IMG/VR virus record: IMGVR_UViG_3300045988_141143
Length of the DNA: 64,000 nt
DNA from: a virus
Reading direction: 5' to 3' (one strand)
In this document: piece after piece, positions 58,410 through 64,000 of the stretch
Position numbering within the stretch: the stretch's first letter is position 1
How the letters are laid out: each line of letters begins with the position of its first letter
The notes under the pieces: generated by a model
Databases searched by the model: none
What the model saw: only the letters and a program-made list of their open reading frames with translations
What the model was told of the DNA's origin: nothing
Translations under genes and position numbers: made by a program

Positions 58410-59048
58410 TCACTCATCGGCGGGAAAGCTGATCTTTGCATCTGCCAGTCTTTTCTTGCAGATCACACCAAGGCCTTCAATGACACCCAAACATGAGCTA
58501 CAATCCAAACAGTAAGCATAGCCAATCATGGCGCTAACGGTATTGTATGGGCATTTCTCCCCCTTTATCGCATAAAGGTGTTTGTCCTCCATAAAGGCGT
58601 GGATTTCTTTTTTTAACCCATTCAGTATTTTGTTCTCTCTTTCCAGCTCGTCGCAATGGTCGCGCATCTGCTGCATCTCAACAAGCGACTGCCTTGACTC
58701 GCGCTCCTCCTTACTGCCCAACTGGTGAGCGACATCGTTGTAATCATCCGTGAGCTTATGCACAAGCTGCTCAAGTTCTCCGTTCTTTCTTTCCAGCTCA
58801 TCACAATGGTCGCGCATCTTCATCATCTCGCCAAGCGTCTGCTTGGAAGAGTTTTCATCCTTGCGTGCCTCCAGTCCATGCTGTTGGCGCACGGCATCGT
58901 TGTAATCGTCCATGAGCTGATGCACACGTTGCGTCATCTCAATGTTCTCTGCCTTCAAGTCGGCTACGATATAGGAAAGAGCCAACATACGTTTGTTTTC
59001 TTCTGTTGTCATTGTTTCTTGGGTTTTATGTTTGTTATTCATATTCAT
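58410..59048 (-). CDS. Coiled-coil protein with ~49-aa tandem repeat and C-terminal Cys-rich zinc-finger-like tail
   Basis: 'QLMDDYNDAVRQQHG...MRDHCDELERKNGELEQL' repeated as 'KLTDDYNDVAHQLG...MRDHCDELERENKIL'. C-terminus 'CPYNTVSAMIGYAYCLDCSSC'. Confidence 0.4.
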   Translation of the reverse strand: MNMNNKHKTQETMTTEENKRMLALSYIVADLKAENIEMTQRVHQLMDDYNDAVRQQHGLEARKDENSSKQTLGEMMKMRDHCDELERKNGELEQLVHKLTDDYNDVAHQLGSKEERESRQSLVEMQQMRDHCDELERENKILNGLKKEIHAFMEDKHLYAIKGEKCPYNTVSAMIGYAYCLDCSSCLGVIEGLGVICKKRLADAKISFPADE

Positions 59049-59206
59049 ATACTATATGCGATGTGGTATTGCCCAGTCCGTCGCGAGGGTCGGTAATACC
59101 TATCCCGACCATTGTCGTCACGGCATTGGCTATCTGCTTGCGCGGTCGACTCTTTACGAGGCCCTTGCCGTCCTTGCCGCTGCGTACCCAACCGATGTAA
59201 TACTTG

Positions 59207-60019
59207 TCAATCATCGGTCTGTGGTATGGTCAGATACATTCGTTCATTAGCCTTGCACGACTCCCCTTGCATTCTACCTGCCTCTAACCCTGCTTTCTTT
59301 AGAGCTTCGTCACGCTCATGCTCCAGTTTTATGCAATATTCAGTCAGGCGATTATATTCTTTCTGCAAGGCGTTGAAATCCTCGCGCAGTTGCTCGGGAG
59401 TGTGAGTTTCTGAATCTAATGGCACAAGACGCTGCTTTCTCTTGTCCCATATTTTCCCGATTCTCTCCACGGCATTGTTGAGAAGTTTTTCTTCCGTAGG
59501 CGTGGCGTATCTCAGTTCGATGCTTACTTCTTCTGCGCATGTACCGAGAAGATCAAGATGGACGTTAGGAGTAAGTTCGTCGCTGTTTTTGCACAAGCAG
59601 GCGTATGTTCTTATCTTGGGATAAGAATCTATAAAATCCACTTCATTGAAAATCACAATGTAGGTCAGGATGTTGCCATCTTTATTTTTAATATCCATTG
59701 CCACGATGTCGCCGGGCTGGAAGTTGAGCACATTCCAATGCCGGTAAAGATGCGAGAGAAACAGCATACACTCTCCTTTTTCAAAGTTCGCTAAACGCCC
59801 ATTGCAACGAAAAAGAATGTAGTGTGCTTCATCCTCGTCAGGAATGGAGGGACCCACCAAAATACCCGAAGCGTTTGTTTCTTTCACATTCAGATAGCCA
59901 AACAAAGGTGAGTAAAGCGTGTCACCTTCAGTCAAGCCGTAGAGGAAGGCTGCCATTTTTTCAATCTCGAATAATTTAGCTTTTATCTCAGGGATGCTTC
60001 TTGTTGCTTTTTGTTTCAT
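59207..60019 (-). CDS. Hypothetical phage protein (270 aa)
   Basis: Intact ORF preceded by the conserved ~40-nt upstream element. Confidence 0.4.
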   Translation of the reverse strand: MKQKATRSIPEIKAKLFEIEKMAAFLYGLTEGDTLYSPLFGYLNVKETNASGILVGPSIPDEDEAHYILFRCNGRLANFEKGECMLFLSHLYRHWNVLNFQPGDIVAMDIKNKDGNILTYIVIFNEVDFIDSYPKIRTYACLCKNSDELTPNVHLDLLGTCAEEVSIELRYATPTEEKLLNNAVERIGKIWDKRKQRLVPLDSETHTPEQLREDFNALQKEYNRLTEYCIKLEHERDEALKKAGLEAGRMQGESCKANERMYLTIPQTDD

Positions 60020-60060
60020 AATGTCTCTATTTTAAATTATCACTCATATTCTATCTTGTG
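60017..60060. promoter_or_regulatory. Conserved ~40-nt upstream/junction element (copy 1)
   Basis: Minus-strand 'aagatagaatatgagtgataatttaaaatagagacattATG' versus copy 2 'ttgatagaatatgagtaacaatttaaaatagagaattATG'. Confidence 0.5.
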
Positions 60061-60072
60061 ATGTTATTCATA

Positions 60073-60363
60073 TTACCCTTTTTCTACTAATTCCCAGGTC
60101 TTTTCATCGTGAGAGGAATAGACGGTATAGGTAAGTTCACAACAGTTCTTGGCTGTCCTCACTTCATGCAACATTTCTCTCGTATAGAAGCAACGCTCCA
60201 TAAGGTACGCCAATGCCTTAAACTGGTCTTGAGTAAGAAAGACCTCCTGCTCGCCGCAAGTGATACCAACATTATCAGTAATGGTAGAATAGAAGAGCTT
60301 TACGTCCTCTTCCTTCCCTGTGTCCTCGTTCTTTACGATTATCTTTTCTGTATTGAAACTCAT
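60073..60363 (-). CDS. Hypothetical protein (96 aa)
   Basis: Intact ORF. Confidence 0.35.
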   Translation of the reverse strand: MSFNTEKIIVKNEDTGKEEDVKLFYSTITDNVGITCGEQEVFLTQDQFKALAYLMERCFYTREMLHEVRTAKNCCELTYTVYSSHDEKTWELVEKG

Positions 60364-60503
60364 AATTTATTTCTCCTTTTATAATTCAACAAACACGCAA
60401 ATTCCACCACTTGCAGCGATCAGTGCGTTTACAAGCTTACTCCCATCCTCGCCATTCGAGCCGATGGCTAACGGGATGCACGGAAATGTAGATGTGGGTC
60501 ATG

Positions 60504-60965
60504 TTACTCTTGAAGATACTCGCCGTATAGTTTCCACTCCTTATCATGGATGTTGCCGACAACCTCAAAGCTCTTCATCTTCTCTTGCAAGAGATCATCT
60601 GGGATGCCGTCTTCAAGACCACCTACGTCAGAGTAGGGATTTTTTACCGTAACGATACCAAAGCAAGCTTTCTTCTCACAATAATACACTACGGCATAGT
60701 AGTCGTCGCAAGTATTGTATTCGATTCTGCTATACGGATATTCGTTCGATCGCAATACGTCGCCTTCATAAATCTCCTTGCCGTTCTTGTCGGTGAAGCC
60801 AGTGAACTGGCATACAGTAGAGGGGTCAACAGCAAACGTAAAAACAGGCCGTCCATCACTGACTGGATTATTTTTTACGAGAGTCTGGTCACCCACATGG
60901 GACAAATCGCCGTAATTCCACTTCCCGTCCTCTATACTCTTAGCCTTAAACTTAATTGTTCTCAT
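60504..60965 (-). CDS. YopX-family phage protein
   Basis: 'MRTIKFKAKSIEDGKW', 'GFTDKNGKEIYEGDVL', 'EVVGNIHDKEW' match the YopX consensus blocks. Confidence 0.65.
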   Translation of the reverse strand: MRTIKFKAKSIEDGKWNYGDLSHVGDQTLVKNNPVSDGRPVFTFAVDPSTVCQFTGFTDKNGKEIYEGDVLRSNEYPYSRIEYNTCDDYYAVVYYCEKKACFGIVTVKNPYSDVGGLEDGIPDDLLQEKMKSFEVVGNIHDKEWKLYGEYLQE

Positions 60966-61006
60966 AATTCTCTATTTTAAATTGTTACTCATATTCTATC
61001 AATACA
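60963..61006. promoter_or_regulatory. Conserved ~40-nt upstream/junction element (copy 2)
   Basis: See copy 1. Includes the ...LIEYE* stop of a 19-aa mini-ORF and the YopX ATG. Confidence 0.5.
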
Positions 61007-61125
61007 ATGGTGTGCTGTCCGTGCTCGTCGTAGAGTCCTGCCATCCGTCGTAGCGGGCGGACAATGCCGTGGAATACCCCCGACGAGGGCAAAGCTGGGA
61101 TGTGCGTAACACGAAAGGAATTTGG

Positions 61126-61296
61126 TTACACATAATCGGGATTGAAAAATATGCCATTTACACCTTCAATATCGATGGTGTTTCTGTTACAGTCAAAATC
61201 AGCATCACAAAACTCGTCGCCATTGACTGTTACTTCCAATTCGCCATGTTCTTTACGCAAAAGTTCAAGGCGGTTTATAAGTTCGCTTATATTCAT
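61126..61296 (-). CDS. Small ORF (56 aa), translationally coupled to an upstream TRD-like mini-ORF
   Basis: 'MNISELINRLELLRKEHGELEVTVNGDEFCDADFDCNRNTIDIEGVNGIFFNPDYV'. Below the ORF-table cutoff; coding-like composition. Confidence 0.25.
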   Translation of the reverse strand: MNISELINRLELLRKEHGELEVTVNGDEFCDADFDCNRNTIDIEGVNGIFFNPDYV

Positions 61297-61306
61297 ATTA
61301 TTTTCT

Positions 61307-62100
61307 TTACAAATATTCTATCAATGCCATATTATCCTTGCCTACTGACGTAAGGGTGTTGGTTGTACTTCCCCCGTTTATCTCCATTCGCTGACAGAAG
61401 CGTCCGTTGGAGGGATGCTTGCGGTCGGACGGATTGTCGGGGTCACGGCCTCGGAAGGCTGCTATGCGAAAGTGTAGCATAGGAGGTTGTCTTTTGTTAC
61501 TGTTGTTATCGAATTGCTCCACGCCCACGGACTTGGGCGGTGATACTTGTCGCTGTATTTGCACCCTCCCCGGTCGCCATGTTCACGACGGAAGGTTTTG
61601 GCTTCCTCGGTGCGGTAGTGGACGAGGACGGAACGATTAATCATACTCTATCAATATTTTCGGTTTATCCACGTCGTGACCTTTACCTCCCCCGGCTATG
61701 CACAAGGCTATGCCGCGCGGCGACACGATGATGCCGTTCTGCGAGGGGCTGTAGGAGCCGAGGATGATGGGGCGAGGGTTGTTATTCATATATTACAATT
61801 ACGCCAGTGGCTTTGAAATTTGCTCCTTGGGTTGAAACGTCAAGAACATCGTATGCACCCTTCTTGAAATAATTGGCTTTGATAGTGCGTGATGTGCCAT
61901 CGGATTCGGTGTTGAAAGGGAATGTCATAATTCTACTGCTACAAAGAACACGTCGCTGCAATCGGTGCGCGACATGATAGTTACTGCTATACCGTGAAAT
62001 GCTCCGTTGAAGCGTTCTGCGCTGAACATCGAGGCAGGGCAGGTGAGCAAACTACCCCCCAATCATATCAGCTATGATACGGATTACACGGTCGGGTGGA
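61307..62100 (-). pseudogene. Array of out-of-frame C5-methyltransferase target-recognition-domain (TRD)-like fragments/mini-ORFs
   Basis: 'FRGRDPDNPSDRKHPSNGRFCQRMEINGGSTTNTLTSVGKDNMALIEYL', 'RREHGDRGGCKYSDKYHRPSPWAWSNSITTVTKDNLL', 'SPRGIALCIAGGGKGHDVDKPKILIEYD' and 'ESDGTSRTIKANYFKKGAY...GVIVIYE' sit in different frames separated by stops. Each resembles the conserved TRD blocks of multispecific m5C-MTases. Confidence 0.4.
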
Positions 62101-62103
62101 TTA

Positions 62104-63306
62104 TCAGTTCTCATTCTTCCTCTCCATATTCTCCTTGAACATTTCTCCGAAACCATCCCAATAATGAGCGTCCATCCATTCGGGCGAGGATAAAAACTGC
62201 TCATACATCATTGTCGCAGGTATCGTCCGTAGGTATTTCTCGCAAGCCTTAACGTCTTTGTCCCACAAATCCATCCGCTCCATTTCTATCTGAAAATACG
62301 TCTTGAGGAACATTGCCGCCTCATGTGTCGGTGGCAGGTCGAATTGAAGGAATAAGGCATTGTCGGAGTCGTTTGCCTTGAGGAACTTGCTCACGGCATC
62401 GTCCTTGAGGAAATAGCGGTCAGACACTTCCTCTTCGAGCACGTCTTCCAATCGGGTAAGCAGCTCGAAAGGTTCTGGGAACTGATAGTCGAATGCCACG
62501 TCTCGGCGCATGGAGAGGCAGAACACACGGTCGCGGTTTTGTGGCACACCGTAGTTCTTGGCGTTGAGTCGCGTCCAACGGCTCACATAGCCGAGCGACG
62601 AGAGTTTGTCGAGCCACTTCTGAAAGTCTGGCAAGAACTTCTGGCTTACCAGTGCCGCCACGTTCTCCTGCAAGAGATACTTCGGGCGAAGCACCTCCAC
62701 AGCATCCGCCACACGCCAAAGCAGTGCGCTTCGGGTGTCGCTGCCCTCCTGCAAGCCCATTTGCTTGCCCGCCTGACTGATGTCCTGGCAAGGCGAGGAA
62801 TAGGTGAAGAGGTCTACTTCGCGGCCTTCGAGCGAGCTTTCCACCTCGTGCCAGTCAATCTTGGTGATGTCGCCCAGGGCGCAGTCGGCAAACTGAGGGA
62901 AGACGAGGTTGTGCATCTGACAGGCGTATTTGTCGATGTCGCTCCATCCTATACATGTCCATCGGAAGTCGGGATGCCACTCGCGGAGCACATCGGCTGC
63001 CATAAGCTGCGAGTCGTAGCCGAAGAACGTGGTAAGGAATATCTTCTCCTCGTTCTTGTTGGCTGCGGTGGGCGGCAGGGCGGGTAATGTGTCTTCGAGG
63101 TCGTCGAAGAGCGAGAGTTGCTTTTGCTTACGAGGTTTGGGCGTAGGATAGAAAAGTTGCTCGTAGATGTGGGCCAACACGTCCACCACGATGCTGTTTC
63201 CGGCTTGCTTGTACTGCTGTGAGGCAGATATAGCCATGTCTTCGGGCTTGCCCTTGCCTTTCCAGTCGGGCAGACGTTCGGCTGCTTGAGCATTGCTGCT
63301 CTGCAT
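62104..63306 (-). CDS. C5-cytosine DNA methyltransferase core with non-canonical (circularly permuted) motif order
   Basis: Motif X 'QYKQAGNSIVVDVL' lies near the N-terminus. Then 'GWSDIDKYACQMHNLVFPQ...GDITKI' (II/III), 'SSPCQDIS' (IV), 'LLQENV' (VI), 'QNRDRVF' (VIII) and a TRD-start-like 'LEDVLEEEVSDRYFLKDDAVSKFLK'. Motif I is not clearly recognisable. The ORF table lists 62104..63348 from a GTG. Confidence 0.55.
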   Translation of the reverse strand: MQSSNAQAAERLPDWKGKGKPEDMAISASQQYKQAGNSIVVDVLAHIYEQLFYPTPKPRKQKQLSLFDDLEDTLPALPPTAANKNEEKIFLTTFFGYDSQLMAADVLREWHPDFRWTCIGWSDIDKYACQMHNLVFPQFADCALGDITKIDWHEVESSLEGREVDLFTYSSPCQDISQAGKQMGLQEGSDTRSALLWRVADAVEVLRPKYLLQENVAALVSQKFLPDFQKWLDKLSSLGYVSRWTRLNAKNYGVPQNRDRVFCLSMRRDVAFDYQFPEPFELLTRLEDVLEEEVSDRYFLKDDAVSKFLKANDSDNALFLQFDLPPTHEAAMFLKTYFQIEMERMDLWDKDVKACEKYLRTIPATMMYEQFLSSPEWMDAHYWDGFGEMFKENMERKNEN

Positions 63307-63314
63307 CGTGCCGA

Positions 63315-63419
63315 TTACATTGTCACGAACGCCATCAGACGAAAACACTCCTTGGGTGTGAGCTTGCGGATGGCATAGCTCTTGATGGTGCGGTCGGTGA
63401 AATTGAGTTTTGTAATCAT
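63315..63419 (-). CDS. 34-aa mini-ORF carrying a C5-MTase motif-IX-like peptide, out of frame with the MTase core
   Basis: 'MITKLNFTDRTIKSYAIRKLTPKECFRLMAFVTM*'. 'RKLTPKECFRLM(G)F' is the motif-IX consensus. The core continues in the +1 frame a few nt downstream. Confidence 0.4.
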   Translation of the reverse strand: MITKLNFTDRTIKSYAIRKLTPKECFRLMAFVTM

Positions 63420-63436
63420 ATTGTTGCTGTTATTAT

Positions 63437-63584
63437 TCGTATTCTATTAAAATTCCTGGAGCATGATTATCTGCCTTGACGCATCTATTTATTCCTTCTA
63501 ACGGAGGTCTTTTATAGTCAGGCGAAACATTCCAATAAATGCTCGATATTGCATGAGCGTGATAGTCTATTGTGATGTTATTCA
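63437..63584 (-). CDS. 49-aa mini-ORF ending in ...ILIEYE, translationally coupled
   Basis: 'MNNITIDYHAHAISSIYWNVSPDYKRPPLEGINRCVKADNHAPGILIEYE*'. Its start overlaps the stop of the upstream mini-ORF within 'GAATATGAATAA'. Confidence 0.3.
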
Positions 63585-63709
63585 TATTCTTCAATCAAAA
63601 ATACATTTTGCTGCCACGAGTTGATTGTTACGGTCGGGCAAACGTCTGTACCTAATCGACCTCCATCGTTATTGCCACGAGGATATTGGTAGAAGTCAAG
63701 ATTAATCAT
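63578..63709 (-). CDS. 43-aa mini-ORF with C5-MTase 'TLTA-block'-like sequence
   Basis: 'MINLDFYQYPRGNNDGGRLGTDVCPTVTINSWQQNVFLIEEYE*' resembles '..G.SPTLTA....G..LI.E' preceding motif IX in m5C-MTases. Confidence 0.35.
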   Translation of the reverse strand: MINLDFYQYPRGNNDGGRLGTDVCPTVTINSWQQNVFLIEEYE

Positions 63710-63718
63710 ATTCTTCAA

Positions 63719-63976
63719 TCAAAAGAACGCTTCAGATTGCAAGTCGCCAATATAACAATAACGCTGCACTTCGTATTCGCTGATAAACATTCGCCAATTC
63801 TGTTCGTCATGATCGAAATGTTCATGTACGAAGCATGTACCACCGAGTCGCCAACAGAGAAGCGATCCTATGCAATGCGGTTGTTCTCTGGCTGGATGCC
63901 ATAACTGAACGATATTACGATATTCGGCTCTTTTATCCGTTTCTACATCGTCAGACAAGGAATCCTTAAAGCTCAC
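63719..63976 (-). CDS. Hypothetical protein (85 aa)
   Basis: Intact ORF. Its stop lies 7 nt before the next mini-ORF start. Confidence 0.3.
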   Translation of the reverse strand: MSFKDSLSDDVETDKRAEYRNIVQLWHPAREQPHCIGSLLCWRLGGTCFVHEHFDHDEQNWRMFISEYEVQRYCYIGDLQSEAFF

Positions 63977-64000
63977 GCCTTTTTTATCGGAATCGACAAA

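Larger units (their letters stand above)
1..64000. mobile_element. Segment of a large tailed dsDNA phage/prophage genome (entire window)
   Basis: TerL, TMP, tail fibres, S49 prohead protease, capsid candidate, holin, GH108 lysin, YopX and three MTases span the window end to end. No host housekeeping genes. Confidence 0.8.

Noticed and set aside
63315-63348. Treating 62104..63419 as one intact MTase ORF
   Set aside because: The motif-IX peptide and the core are in different frames with a TAA at 63315-63317. Joining them needs a 1-nt indel. Reported as separate ORFs with the frame relationship noted.
1-64000. Search for integrase, recombinase, ParAB, transposase, tRNA-att junctions
   Set aside because: No Tyr- or Ser-recombinase motifs (R..H..R..Y or resolvase N-terminus) recognised in any ORF. 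Prophage boundaries therefore cannot be placed inside this window.

Overview
The whole 64-kb window lies inside one large tailed dsDNA phage or prophage genome (genome >64 kb). The host is probably a Bacteroidales bacterium: inferred from Bacteroides-type TAnnTTTG -7 boxes, lipobox lipoproteins, HU-like proteins with Gly-rich tails and a GH108 lysin. I found no integrase, partition gene, tRNA or CRISPR array.

Modules, left to right:
- 1-2.5 kb: three paralogous XRE-HTH/zinc-ribbon regulators, a hicAB toxin-antitoxin pair (toxin frameshifted), a 34-nt perfect palindrome and a bidirectional terminator.
- 3-5 kb: lipoprotein and membrane-protein morons.
- 4.9-22.9 kb (minus strand): tail-fibre/baseplate block. 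It contains two fibres sharing an N-terminal anchor, two paralogous fibre-chaperone-like genes, and, embedded between structural genes, a translationally coupled acyl-carrier-protein + beta-ketoacyl-ACP-synthase pair.
- 23-25 kb: an HU-like + SPFH-lipoprotein cassette bracketed by a duplicated ~75-nt element (promoter -7 box plus the 3' end of a methyltransferase gene), with a triple 22-nt-periodic operator-like repeat.
- 25-31.4 kb: beta-class DNA methyltransferase, GH108 endolysin, holin and spanin-like candidates, and a LysR regulator that looks like a moron.
- 31.8-35.6 kb: head module (S49 prohead protease/scaffold fusion and a major-capsid candidate).
- 38-42.2 kb: MazG-ThyX-dNMP-kinase cluster, a Prim-Pol-like replication protein and an adjacent iteron-rich, origin-like 0.9-kb non-coding region.
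- 42.2-49.9 kb: 1983-aa tape measure protein and a holin.
- 50-55.6 kb (plus strand): PAPS-reductase-like gene (split at a G6 tract), Dam-like methyltransferase and large terminase, ending in a strong bidirectional terminator.
- 55.7-64 kb (minus strand): NrdG-like radical-SAM protein, YopX protein, and an unusual C5-cytosine methyltransferase locus. Its core gene begins with motif X and is surrounded by tandem, translationally coupled 34-50-aa mini-ORFs carrying TRD-like and motif-IX-like segments, joined by a conserved stop/start junction element.
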